64,000 nt of DNA, taken from NCBI GenBank assembly GCA_902514875.1, contig CABXSY010000001.1:31753-95752 (forward strand), given 5' to 3'. Each line of letters begins with the position of its first letter. Within the stretch, counting starts at the first letter, position 1. This stretch comes from an uncultured Alphaproteobacteria bacterium. GTDB taxonomy: Bacteria; Pseudomonadota; Alphaproteobacteria; HIMB59; GCA-002718135. A program made the translations under genes and the position numbers. The notes beneath the pieces are model-generated. The model made no database searches and had not been told where the DNA came from. It saw nothing but the letters and a program-made list of their open reading frames with translations. This document shows, piece by piece, positions 42,728 through 52,551 of the stretch.

Positions 42728-43096
42728 TTGTTAAATATAATTCTAGTAGCTACAGGCGGAGCAACTGGAGCAATACTAAGATATATTCTTACAAACTTTA
42801 GTAAAACTTTATTTACTTCCAGTATTTATGGAACTCTTACTGTAAATATTATAGGCTGTTTTTTGATTGGATATCTTGCAACTTCTGATTTCTCAAAAAA
42901 CATAAACGAAAATTTTGTTAAATTTTTTTTAATTATAGGTTTGCTTGGATCTTTTACTACTTTTTCAGCATTTTCCTATGAAGTTGTTAATTTAATTATT
43001 TCTAATAAAATTTTTATTGCATTCATATATATTTCTATTTCAATATTTGTCTGTATTTTATTTGCATACTTTGGAATGTTAATTAATAAGTTTTAA
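42728..43096 (+). CDS. crcB: fluoride ion channel CrcB/FluC
   Basis: 122 aa, 4 TM helices. N-terminal GGATGAILRY and the GSFTTFSAFSYE motif. TTG start only 6 nt after the rplQ stop. Confidence 0.88.
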   Translation: MLNIILVATGGATGAILRYILTNFSKTLFTSSIYGTLTVNIIGCFLIGYLATSDFSKNINENFVKFFLIIGLLGSFTTFSAFSYEVVNLIISNKIFIAFIYISISIFVCILFAYFGMLINKF

Positions 43097-43097
43097 T

Positions 43098-44012
43098 TTG
43101 ATAAAAAAAATACTCATTAAGAAAGATTGCGAAGTTAGGCTCGATAAGTATTTAAAGAACTTATTTACCTCTCTTACACAAAGTTTCATTGAAAAAAATA
43201 TAAGAAAGAAAAATATTTTAATTAATAACTCTCGGACAAAAGCAAATTATGTAGTTAAATTAAATGATAATTTAATTATATTAAATTTCCATGATGAACT
43301 TTATAAAAATAAAATAGTTTATAAAAAAAATATTAAAACTTCAGTTAATGATCTAAAAAATTTTAACAAATCAATTATTTTTCAAAATAATGATTTTTTA
43401 GTTATTAATAAATGGGCTGATATTGCAACACAAGGAGGCAGTAAAGTAAATGTTTCGATCGACCATATAATTAAAAATATTAACCCCGATTATAGACTCG
43501 TTCATAGACTTGATAAGGAGACATCAGGTTTACTTTTGATTTCAAAAAATTTAAAATATGCAAGATATTTTTCAAATCTTTTTAAACAAAAACTAATTAC
43601 AAAGTTTTACATTGCTCTATGTGAGGGAAATCCTAAAAATAAAAACTCTAAAGTTCTTTTAAATATAAAAAATAAAAATCAGGAAATTGAAAAAACTATA
43701 ACTAACTACTGTGTTATTGGAAACAATAAAAACATAACACAAATTCTATATAACCCTGAAACTGGCAAAACTCATCAATTAAGAAAAGTTTCTAAAAATC
43801 TTGGTTGCTCAATAATAGGTGATCAAAAATATAATATCAATTCTAAGTACAATAGTGAAAAACTAATGTTGCACGCCTTTGCTCTCAACTTTACAATTAA
43901 CAGTAAAAAATTTAGATTTACTTCAGAAATACCTAATTATTTCCAAACTTTTATGCAAAAAAATAAATTAAAATTTAAAAACAATTTAGAAAAAGAATTA
44001 AATAGATTTTAG
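43098..44012 (+). CDS. RluA-family 23S rRNA pseudouridine synthase (RluC/RluD-like, S4 domain N-terminal)
   Basis: 304 aa. Catalytic HRLDKETSGLLLISK and GKTHQLR. Confidence 0.85.
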   Translation: MIKKILIKKDCEVRLDKYLKNLFTSLTQSFIEKNIRKKNILINNSRTKANYVVKLNDNLIILNFHDELYKNKIVYKKNIKTSVNDLKNFNKSIIFQNNDFLVINKWADIATQGGSKVNVSIDHIIKNINPDYRLVHRLDKETSGLLLISKNLKYARYFSNLFKQKLITKFYIALCEGNPKNKNSKVLLNIKNKNQEIEKTITNYCVIGNNKNITQILYNPETGKTHQLRKVSKNLGCSIIGDQKYNINSKYNSEKLMLHAFALNFTINSKKFRFTSEIPNYFQTFMQKNKLKFKNNLEKELNRF

Positions 44013-44654
44013 TTTCTTTAAAAAAATTATTTTGAAATTTTCATCAAACTCATTTTGATCTATTTTTATTCCTAATTCATACAATGAAGTATTTGAATAT
44101 TCTTTTAAACCACATGAGTGAATAAATTTGTAATATTCTAAATTAGGATTAATATTAAAACTCATTCCATGATATGTTACCCATTTTTTTATTCTTAGGC
44201 CTATAGCACCTATTTTTTTTTCTTTATCAAATGTTACTTTGTTATTCTTAATTACCCAAATACCTACTCTATCTTTAAACGTTCTTGCTTCAACATTATA
44301 ATTTTTTAGAAAATCAATAACAGAATTTTCAATTACAGAAATAAACTTTCTTATATCTTTTTTTCTATTGTTTAAGTTTAACATAAAATAAACAATTCTT
44401 TGTCCAGGTCCATGATAAGTTGTTTTGCCTCCACGATTTGTCTTTAAAACTTCTATAACATTTGGATCCAATATTTCCTTATTTGAAGCACTTGTTCCTT
44501 GAGTGAAAATATGATTATGACTAAGAAACCATAGTAATTCTTTGGAATGATTTTTACTTATTTCTCTTACTTTGGACTCCATAAACAATATCGACTCCTG
44601 ATAACTTATTTCTTCATTAGATATTTTAATTTCAATCTGATTCATGTCGTCCAT
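43998..44654 (-). CDS. lipB: lipoyl(octanoyl) transferase
   Basis: 218 aa. RGGKTTYHGPGQRIVYFML, KIGAIGLRIKKWVTYHGMSFN. Confidence 0.92.
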   Translation of the reverse strand: MDDMNQIEIKISNEEISYQESILFMESKVREISKNHSKELLWFLSHNHIFTQGTSASNKEILDPNVIEVLKTNRGGKTTYHGPGQRIVYFMLNLNNRKKDIRKFISVIENSVIDFLKNYNVEARTFKDRVGIWVIKNNKVTFDKEKKIGAIGLRIKKWVTYHGMSFNINPNLEYYKFIHSCGLKEYSNTSLYELGIKIDQNEFDENFKIIFLKKLKSI

Positions 44655-44705
44655 ATACTTTGTTGATAGTTAATATCCTATCTGATATTTAATTCTACTA
44701 TATAT

Positions 44706-44792
44706 GCGGCTGTGGCGGAATTGGTATACGCGCAGCGTTGAGGTCGCTGTGGGATTTATCCTGTGGAAGTTCAAGTCTTCTCAGCCGCACCA
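44706..44792 (+). tRNA. tRNA-Leu (anticodon GAG), long variable arm
   Basis: 87 nt. Acceptor GCGGCTG/CAGCCGC, anticodon stem CAGCG/CGCTG with loop TT-GAG-GT, long variable arm, T loop TTCAAGT, encoded CCA. Confidence 0.92.
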
Positions 44793-44798
44793 ACTAAT

Positions 44799-46166
44799 AT
44801 GGAAGAAATAATAATTAAAAAAGACAATGAAAATTCTAATAAATCAACTCGATTAATAACTGATTATCTAGAAAATTATAAATATGATAACATTTTATCT
44901 ATTTTAAAAGACGTTCATAATGCAGACATAGCAGAAATTCTTCAAAATTTAGATCCAGTTTTAAGATTAAGTCTTCTTAATATAATGGATAAAAATTTTG
45001 ATCCTGAAATCTTAACTTATTTGAATGATAGTCTTAGAGAAGAGATAATTGAAACTTTAGATATAAAACAGTTAGCTAATAACGCAAAAAGTTTAGACAT
45101 AGATGATGCTGTAGACTTAGCAGAAGATTTAGAGGAAAAAAATCAAAATATTTTTTTAGAAAACCTAGACAAAGAAGAAAGAACTTTAGTTGAGGAAGGT
45201 TTAAATTATCCTGAAGATTCCGCTGGTAGATTAATGCAAAGACAATTTGTTGCTATTCATCAATCATGGAATGTTGGTCAAGCAATTGATTATTTGAGAA
45301 ATAATAAAGGAAATTTACCTGATGATTTCTACGATATTTATTTAATTAATCAAAATAAAGAAGCTAAAGGGATAGTTCCATTAGGAAGATTAATGGGCTC
45401 AAAAAGAGAAATAGAATTAAATACAATAATAAATAAGGAATTAAGATTAATTGATGTGAACACAGATCAAGAAGATGTAGCTCTACTATTTAATAAATAT
45501 GGATTAGTAAGCGCTCCTGTTATTAACGATCAAAAAAAAATTATTGGCTCGATTACAGTTGATGATGTTGTCGAAGTTATTGAGGAAGAAAGAGAAGAAG
45601 ATATTCTAAAGCTTGGAGGAGTAGATCATACCGATTTATATGAATCAGTTATTAGTACAACAAAATCAAGAATTTCATGGTTAATTATAAATCTAATGAC
45701 AGCCGTTGTTGCTTCAATAGTTATAGGTTTGTTTGAAGCTGCAATAGAAAAGGTAGTTGCTCTAGCTATATTAATGCCAATAGTAGCATCTATGGGTGCT
45801 AACGCAGGTACTCAAACCTTAACTGTTGCAGTGAGAGCTATTGCAGTTAAAGAACTAACAACCAGTAATGCGATAAAAATAATAACCAAAGAAACTTTAA
45901 TTGGTGGTATAAATGGAATCATATTCGCTATTATAATATCTTTAATTTCTATTTTTTGGTTTGAAAATTTGATGTTGGGTTTAATAATAGGCCTTGCTAT
46001 GATACTAAACTTACTAATCGCTGGTTTTTCAGGAATTGCAATTCCACTAGTTTTAGATAAACTAAAAATTGATCCTGCTTTAGCATCTGCAGTAATTTTG
46101 ACTACAATAACAGATGTATTTGGCTTTCTTTCTTTTCTTGGATTAGCAACTTTATTTTTAATATGA
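44799..46166 (+). CDS. mgtE: magnesium transporter MgtE
   Basis: The ORF track begins at GTG 44763, inside the tRNA. The in-frame ATG at 44799 gives MEEIIIKKDN.... The protein has N-terminal and CBS domains followed by 5 TM helices (PIVASMGANAGTQ). Confidence 0.92.
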   Translation: MEEIIIKKDNENSNKSTRLITDYLENYKYDNILSILKDVHNADIAEILQNLDPVLRLSLLNIMDKNFDPEILTYLNDSLREEIIETLDIKQLANNAKSLDIDDAVDLAEDLEEKNQNIFLENLDKEERTLVEEGLNYPEDSAGRLMQRQFVAIHQSWNVGQAIDYLRNNKGNLPDDFYDIYLINQNKEAKGIVPLGRLMGSKREIELNTIINKELRLIDVNTDQEDVALLFNKYGLVSAPVINDQKKIIGSITVDDVVEVIEEEREEDILKLGGVDHTDLYESVISTTKSRISWLIINLMTAVVASIVIGLFEAAIEKVVALAILMPIVASMGANAGTQTLTVAVRAIAVKELTTSNAIKIITKETLIGGINGIIFAIIISLISIFWFENLMLGLIIGLAMILNLLIAGFSGIAIPLVLDKLKIDPALASAVILTTITDVFGFLSFLGLATLFLI

Positions 46167-46189
46167 TCTGCCCTATTTAAGATAAAAAA

Positions 46190-47530
46190 ATGATAAAAAA
46201 AAATGATCTAATAAATTACTTTTACAAAGGAATCAAAAATAAGAATGATTTACGTATAGGGGTAGAACACGAGAAATTTGTACTAAAAAAAGATAGTTTA
46301 TATCAATTATCTTATGAAGAGCCCAAAGGCATTAAAGAAATTCTTTTAAAATTTGTAGATAAGGGATGGAAGCCAAAGTATGATGATAAACGAACTACAA
46401 TGATTGCCTTAGAAAGATTTGGTGAAAGTATAACTTTAGAACCAGGTGGCCAGATCGAATTATCTGGAGCGCAATTAAAAAATATCCATCAAACCTGCAC
46501 TGAAACAAATAGACATTTAAAGGAATTAAAAGATATTGGTGAAGAATTTGGCTTTATATTGTTAGGATTAGGGGTTGAGCCAAGTTTATCAATTGATGAT
46601 TTTCCTTGGATGCCAAAACAAAGATATTCCATAATGAAAAAATATATGCCTAAAGTTGGCACTCTTGGACATCATATGATGAAACGCACATGTACAAACC
46701 AAGTAAATTTGGATTATCATTCTGAAGAAGATATGATTACTAAGTATCGATTAATGTTAAATCTTGAAGGTATAGCAACTGCAATATTTGCTAACTCACC
46801 TTTTGATCAAAAAAAAGTTTCCAAATATAAGAGTTTAAGATCTCATTTTTGGCATCACACAGACAAAGGTAGAACAGGTTTATTGCCATTTGTTTTTAAT
46901 AAAGATTTTAATTTTGAAAAATATGCGGATTACGCTCTTGATGTGCCAATGTATTTTGTAATTAGAAATCATAAATATATAGATATGACCGATTATACTT
47001 TTAGAGATTTTATGAAAAATAATATTTCTAAAGATTTAAATATTGAACCTACTATTGAAGATTGGATAAACCATTTATCAACTTTATTTCCTCAAGTTAG
47101 ATTAAAGCAATTCTTAGAAATTCGTTCCATGGATGCATGTTCATGGGATTTAATATGTTCTCAGCCTGCTTTTTGGATTGGTATTTTATATAATGATGAA
47201 GCTATTGATAAAACTAATGAAATAGTTGAAGGGTGGACTCAAAATGATAGAAAATTAATAAATAGTTTAGTGCCAAAATATGGTCTGCAAACTAAATTTA
47301 AAGATGGCATTCTATTAGATATTGCACAAACATTATTTGAAATTTCAAAATCAGGTTTAGAAAAAAGAAACATTCTAGTCAAAAATGAAAAATATAATGA
47401 AACGTTTTATTTAAACGATCTAGAAAAGAATTTATCAAATGGTTTTTCACCAGCTGATTTATTATTAAATAAATACAATGGTGAATGGGGCAAAAATATC
47501 AATAAATTATATGAGGAAGAAATTTTCTAA
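46190..47530 (+). CDS. gshA: glutamate--cysteine ligase, plant/alphaproteobacterial (GCS2) type
   Basis: 446 aa. RIGVEHEKF, TLEPGGQIELSG, EIRSMD. Confidence 0.88.
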   Translation: MIKKNDLINYFYKGIKNKNDLRIGVEHEKFVLKKDSLYQLSYEEPKGIKEILLKFVDKGWKPKYDDKRTTMIALERFGESITLEPGGQIELSGAQLKNIHQTCTETNRHLKELKDIGEEFGFILLGLGVEPSLSIDDFPWMPKQRYSIMKKYMPKVGTLGHHMMKRTCTNQVNLDYHSEEDMITKYRLMLNLEGIATAIFANSPFDQKKVSKYKSLRSHFWHHTDKGRTGLLPFVFNKDFNFEKYADYALDVPMYFVIRNHKYIDMTDYTFRDFMKNNISKDLNIEPTIEDWINHLSTLFPQVRLKQFLEIRSMDACSWDLICSQPAFWIGILYNDEAIDKTNEIVEGWTQNDRKLINSLVPKYGLQTKFKDGILLDIAQTLFEISKSGLEKRNILVKNEKYNETFYLNDLEKNLSNGFSPADLLLNKYNGEWGKNINKLYEEEIF

Positions 47531-48468
47531 TGAAAAAAAGTATAGCAATCCAAATGGATAATATTGAAAAGATTGATTATGAATACGATACATCTTTTTT
47601 AATAGGTTATGAGGCACAAGAAAGAGGTTATGATATTTTTTATTATAATCCAAAAGATTTATTCATAAAAGAAAATACTATTCAGGCATCTGGATATTAT
47701 TTAGAGTTATTGCTAGATGTAAAAAATTATTTTAATTTTAAATCTAAAAAAATAATTGCCAAATTAGAAGATTTTCAATTTGTCTTTTTAAGACAGGACC
47801 CTCCTTTTGATATGAATTATGTCACATCGACATATATTTTGGATTTACTTCCATCTTCGACAATTGTTGTTAATGATCCAACAGCAGTCAGAAATTCTAC
47901 TGAAAAGTTATTTACATTTAATTTTAAAGAATTTATGCCACCTACTTTAGTAACAAAAGATTTAAAAATTATTGAAGAATTTTTAGATGAAGAAAAAGAT
48001 ATTATAACAAAACCACTTTATGGTAATGGAGGAGAAGGTATACATAGATTTGATAAAAGCAATTTTAATTCTAAAATATTAGAAGAATATTTACACTTGC
48101 CTATAATGATCCAAAAATTTATTAAAGAGATAGAGCATGGTGATAGGAGAATTATTTTTTTCGATGGTGAATATTTTGGTTCAGTTGCTAGAATACCTCA
48201 AGAAGGTAATTTAAAGGCAAATTTTCATGCTGGCGGCAAGGCAAGTAAAACTAACCTAGTTTATAGAGACAAAGAAATTATCGAAAATTTGGGACCAAAA
48301 CTAAAAGATCACAATCTGTTTTTTGTTGGAATTGATATAATTGGAAATTATTTAACAGAAATTAATGTAACTTCACCTACGGGATTGAAGCAAATTAATG
48401 CATTAAATAATGTAAATTTAGAAAAAGATTTTTGGGATAAGCTTGAAGCAAAATATAAATTAGTTTAA
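47530..48468 (+). CDS. gshB: glutathione synthetase
   Basis: 312 aa. LRQDPPFD, KPLYGNGGEGI, GDRRIIFFDGE, EINVTSPTG. Confidence 0.93.
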   Translation: MKKSIAIQMDNIEKIDYEYDTSFLIGYEAQERGYDIFYYNPKDLFIKENTIQASGYYLELLLDVKNYFNFKSKKIIAKLEDFQFVFLRQDPPFDMNYVTSTYILDLLPSSTIVVNDPTAVRNSTEKLFTFNFKEFMPPTLVTKDLKIIEEFLDEEKDIITKPLYGNGGEGIHRFDKSNFNSKILEEYLHLPIMIQKFIKEIEHGDRRIIFFDGEYFGSVARIPQEGNLKANFHAGGKASKTNLVYRDKEIIENLGPKLKDHNLFFVGIDIIGNYLTEINVTSPTGLKQINALNNVNLEKDFWDKLEAKYKLV

Positions 48469-48491
48469 TTATAATAATTAAAGGAAAATAT

Positions 48492-49058
48492 ATGCACGAA
48501 GATAGAATTTTAATTAACAAATTAAAAAATTTTGAAAATATTAATTCAAATTTTCTTACAATAATATTAATGTTATTTGGTTCAATTTTACTGGCCATTT
48601 CAGCTAAGGTTCAAGTACCATTTTGGCCAGTGCCAATGACAATGCAGACATTTGTTATTTTCTTAATAGGAATGACTTATAGTCTTAGATTATCTTTTGC
48701 CACAGTTGCATTTTATCTTTTTCAAGGAGCTATAGGACTTCCTGTTTTTGCAACAGGTGGTGGAGTTACTTATTTAGTTGGTCCAACGGCAGGATATCTT
48801 TATGGAATGTTATTTGCATCTATTGTTATAAGTTATTTAGCTAATTTAGGTTTTAGCAAAACATATTTCAAAGCCTCATTATCTCTATTAATTGGTTCTG
48901 CTATTATATTTTTATTTGGCATCATCTATCTCGGTTATATTATTGGTTTCGAAAAAGCGGTAGCCGGTGGTCTTTTACCATTTATTCCAAGTGAATTATT
49001 TAAAATTGCATTAGCAGTTGCTTTGATACCAACTTTACACAAAATTATTACAAAATAA
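48492..49058 (+). CDS. bioY: biotin transporter BioY
   Basis: 188 aa. VPFWPVPMTMQTF and GLPVFATGGGVTYLVGPTAGYL. Confidence 0.9.
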   Translation: MHEDRILINKLKNFENINSNFLTIILMLFGSILLAISAKVQVPFWPVPMTMQTFVIFLIGMTYSLRLSFATVAFYLFQGAIGLPVFATGGGVTYLVGPTAGYLYGMLFASIVISYLANLGFSKTYFKASLSLLIGSAIIFLFGIIYLGYIIGFEKAVAGGLLPFIPSELFKIALAVALIPTLHKIITK

Positions 49059-49064
49059 TAATTA

Positions 49065-49955
49065 ATGAAAATCGGTATTGATGTAGGTGGTACCAAAACA
49101 GAGGGTATTCTTCTAGATCCAGATGGAACTGAAATAGATAGAAAAAGAATTAATACTGAAAAAAGTTATGATGGAACAATTAATGGAATACTGTCCATTA
49201 TCAATCATTTTGAAGATAAATACGGTAAAGCAGAATCTGTTGGTATGGGAATGCCAGGAGCAATATCAAATGATACAGCTTTAATTAAAAATGCTAATTC
49301 TATATGGTTAAATGGCAAACCTTTTAAGCAAGATTTAGATAAAATTCTAAATAGAAATGTGAATTTGGAAAATGATGCTAATTGTTTTACTCTTTCTGAA
49401 GGGGTAGACGGGGCAGGAAAAGGTTTTGAAGTTGTTTTCGGAGTTATTATAGGAACTGGCGTAGGCGGTGGTATCAGTATAAATCAAAAAGTTATAAGGG
49501 GTCGTAATAGCATAAGTGGAGAGTGGGGACATATAGTTTTGCCCAGCAGAACAGAAGATGAAAAAAAATATGTTAAAAAATGTTATTGTGGAAAAGATGG
49601 TTGCTTAGAGACCTATATATCTGGGCCAGGATTTTCATCTGTCTACAATTTACGTTTCAATAAAAATTATAATTCACATCAAATATTAGATGGTTTTAAT
49701 AATAATGAAAAAGATAGTATCTTTGCACTAAATCAATATGTCGATCATTTAGCAAGAGGCTTATCTCTAGTTTGCAATATTCTTGATCCAGATGTTATAG
49801 TTTTGGGTGGTGGTATGTCAAACATCGATTTTATTTATGAAAATATAAATGAAGCATTAAAAAAATATGTTTTTACAGATACTCTTCATACTAAAGTTGT
49901 AAAAAATATTCATGGTGATTCAAGTGGAGTAAGAGGAGCAGCTTGGCTTTCCTAA
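49065..49955 (+). CDS. ROK-family sugar kinase (NagK/Mak-like)
   Basis: 296 aa. IGIDVGGTKTE, NDANCF, GTGVGGG, and the EWGH...CYCGKDGCLETYISG zinc motif. Confidence 0.85.
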   Translation: MKIGIDVGGTKTEGILLDPDGTEIDRKRINTEKSYDGTINGILSIINHFEDKYGKAESVGMGMPGAISNDTALIKNANSIWLNGKPFKQDLDKILNRNVNLENDANCFTLSEGVDGAGKGFEVVFGVIIGTGVGGGISINQKVIRGRNSISGEWGHIVLPSRTEDEKKYVKKCYCGKDGCLETYISGPGFSSVYNLRFNKNYNSHQILDGFNNNEKDSIFALNQYVDHLARGLSLVCNILDPDVIVLGGGMSNIDFIYENINEALKKYVFTDTLHTKVVKNIHGDSSGVRGAAWLS

Positions 49956-51403
49956 ATACCTCCCATCGATATATATTTAATAGTTAAATAATCATCTAGG
50001 CCATATCGAGAGCCTTCTCTCCCCATTCCTGATTCTTTAACTCCGCCAAAAGGAACTTCTGCAATTGTTGGTAGCCCATTATTAACAGATACAATTCCGT
50101 ATTCAAGTGCTTCAGAAACTCTCCAAATTCTTCCTATGTCTCTTGAATAGAAATATGAAGCTAATCCGTATGGTGTATCATTAGCCATTTTAATAACTTC
50201 ATCATCACTTGAAAATTTATAAAGAGGAGCAACAGGTCCAAATGTTTCTTCAAAAGTTATTTTTGCCTTTGTAGATACATTTGAGAGAACAGTTGGTTGA
50301 TAAAAATTTCCGCCAAGGGAATGCACATCACCACCAATTGCTATTTTAGCTCCTGTGTTCACGGCATCTTGGACATGATCAATTACTTTTTCTAAAGATG
50401 ATTGATCAATTAAAGGACCAGATACAATTCCATCTTCAAGTCCATTGCCTACTGTTATTTTGCTTACTTCATTTGTAAATTTTTCTAGGAATTCATCATA
50501 AATATTTTCATGCACAAATATTCTATTTGAACAAATACATGTTTGACCACTATTTCTAAATTTACTTTGAAGTGCACCTGCAACAGCTTCATCCATATCT
50601 GCATCATCAAAAACAATAAAGGGTGCATGACCACCAAGTTCCATAGAAACTTTTTTTACTGTTGAAGCACTCTGCTCTAAAAGTATTTTTCCAACCTCTG
50701 TAGATCCTGTAAAAGAAATTTTTCTTACAATTGGGTTACTTGTTAGCTCTTTACCAATTTCACTTGCCGATCCAGTTATTACATTAAATACACCATCTGG
50801 AAAACCCGCTTCTTTAGCAAGTACTGCTACAGCTAATGCCGAATACGGTGTTTGGCTTGCCGGTTTAACAACAGTAGTACAACCAACTGCTAGAGCGGCT
50901 GCACATTTTCTTGTGATCATTGAATTTGGAAAGTTCCATGGAGTTATTGCTCCCACAACACCAACAGGTTGTTTGATTATTACAATTCTTTTTCCAGGTC
51001 TTGGATCAGGAACTACATCACCATAAACTCTTTTTGCTTCTTCAGCATAGAACTCAATATAAGAAGCACCCATTAGTATTTCGCCTTTTGCTTCAGCCAG
51101 AGGTTTGCCTTGCTCAATAGTCATTATTTTAGCTAAATCATCTGCATTTTCTGTGATTAACTCTCCCCATTTTTTAAGTATAACTGATCTTTCTTTCGCA
51201 GTAGTCTCTCTCCAAGTTTGGAAAGCTGTATTAGCATCATCTATGGCTTTTTTAGTTTCCGAAATTGAGCATTTTGGGACGATGCCAATAATTTCAAGTG
51301 AAGCTGGATTATTGACCTCAAGAGTTTCACCTGAAGAACTGTCAATCCATTCCCCATTTATGAAACATTTTTGTTTAAAGAGTGATTTGTTATTTAATTC
51401 CAT
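49952..51403 (-). CDS. gabD: NAD(P)-dependent succinate-semialdehyde dehydrogenase family aldehyde dehydrogenase
   Basis: 483 aa, collinear with E. coli GabD as I recall it. Motifs EQGKPLAEAKGEI, ITPWNFP, KPASQTP, ELGGHAPFIV, FRNSGQTCIC and EETFGP. Confidence 0.85.
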   Translation of the reverse strand: MELNNKSLFKQKCFINGEWIDSSSGETLEVNNPASLEIIGIVPKCSISETKKAIDDANTAFQTWRETTAKERSVILKKWGELITENADDLAKIMTIEQGKPLAEAKGEILMGASYIEFYAEEAKRVYGDVVPDPRPGKRIVIIKQPVGVVGAITPWNFPNSMITRKCAAALAVGCTTVVKPASQTPYSALAVAVLAKEAGFPDGVFNVITGSASEIGKELTSNPIVRKISFTGSTEVGKILLEQSASTVKKVSMELGGHAPFIVFDDADMDEAVAGALQSKFRNSGQTCICSNRIFVHENIYDEFLEKFTNEVSKITVGNGLEDGIVSGPLIDQSSLEKVIDHVQDAVNTGAKIAIGGDVHSLGGNFYQPTVLSNVSTKAKITFEETFGPVAPLYKFSSDDEVIKMANDTPYGLASYFYSRDIGRIWRVSEALEYGIVSVNNGLPTIAEVPFGGVKESGMGREGSRYGLDDYLTIKYISMGGI

Positions 51404-51417
51404 ATGTTTTAATTATA

Positions 51418-51429
51418 AAGAATATTCTT
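51418..51429. promoter_or_regulatory. 12-bp perfect palindrome in the 43-nt divergent gabD/amidinotransferase spacer (possible operator)
   Basis: AAGAATATTCTT, centred in the only noncoding DNA between the two divergent genes. AT-rich, so it could be chance. Confidence 0.2.
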
Positions 51430-51446
51430 AAATTAAGGATAATATA

Positions 51447-52551
51447 ATGACAATAGTTAATTCTTGGAATGAATGGGATCCATTAAAACATGTTATAGTT
51501 GGAGCGGTTGAAAATGCCAACATACCTCCAATGGAGCCAGCACTTGAACCAAAAATTAGTAAAGATAGTGGTATGGCAGGATCTTACGGACCACGTTCAA
51601 AAGAGTCAATTGATAAAGCGAATATACAATTAGAAAACTTCGTTAAAATTTTAAATTCTCTAAACATAAAAGTCGATAGGCCAACACCTATTGACTTTTC
51701 TAAGAGTATCGAGACACCCGATTGGTCTAATGACGGTATGTTTGGTTGCATGCCTCCTAGAGATGTTATTCTTACTGTAGGAAATGAAATGCTAGAGGCG
51801 CCCATGTCTTACAGATGTCGATGGTTTGAGTATCTTGCTTATAGACCACTACTTGAAAAATATTATTCAGAAGATAAAAAATATGAAATGGGAGTCGGCA
51901 CCTAAACCAAGATTAACAAATCAATCTTATAAGTCTAATTATCTTCCTAAAGGAATAACGGAAGAAGAACGATATAAAAAAATCGAAAATAGAGACATGA
52001 TATTGACAGAAAAAGAACCACTTTTTGATGCAGCAGAAATTTTACGCTTTGGAAAAGATCTGTTTTATCATAACAATTTTACATCAAATTTAAGTGGTTT
52101 AGATTGGTTAAGAAGACATTATCCAAATCATCGCGTTCATCAAATTAATTTACCAGGTGATTTAATCCCAACTCACATTGATGCATGTTTTACTCCTATT
52201 AAACCAGGTGTTGTAATCATCAATCCGAATAGAAAAATATCATCAGAGCAAAGAAAAATTTTTGATGATAATAAATGGGAAATTCATGAGGCAGTACCTT
52301 CTATTCATAATAGTCCACCACCTATGTGTTATTCATCAATCTGGTTATCAATGAACGTTTTGATAATTGATCCTAAAACTATATGTGTCGAGGCAACGGA
52401 AGAAAAAATGATTAAACAAATGGAAAGTTTTGGATTAGATGTTATTCCAGTTCCTTTTAGAGACGTTTATGCATTTGGCGGTAGTTTACATTGTGCAACA
52501 ACTGATGTTTATAGAGAAGGTGATTGTGAGGATTATTTTCCAAATCAATAA
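51447..52551 (+). pseudogene. AGAT/StrB1-family amidinotransferase, split by a +1 frameshift in an A6 run (51876-51881)
   Basis: ORFs 51447..51905 and 51826..52551 are collinear with glycine amidinotransferase. Matching segments are SWNEWDPLKHVIVG, MPPRDVILTVGNEMLEAPM, KWESAPKP, HIDACF and the catalytic GGSLHCATTDV. Deleting one A joins them into about 367 aa. Confidence 0.75.

Noticed and set aside
44763-44798. GTG-extended mgtE start given by the ORF track
   Set aside because: These 12 codons are the T arm and acceptor stem of tRNA-Leu. The in-frame ATG at 44799 gives a sensible N-terminus. It is kept only as an alternative in the findings.
51826-51884. N-terminal MSILLIDHYLKNIIQKIKNM of ORF 51826..52551
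   Set aside because: This segment is the out-of-frame read of the amidinotransferase first half. Real homology in this frame begins at KWESAPKP.
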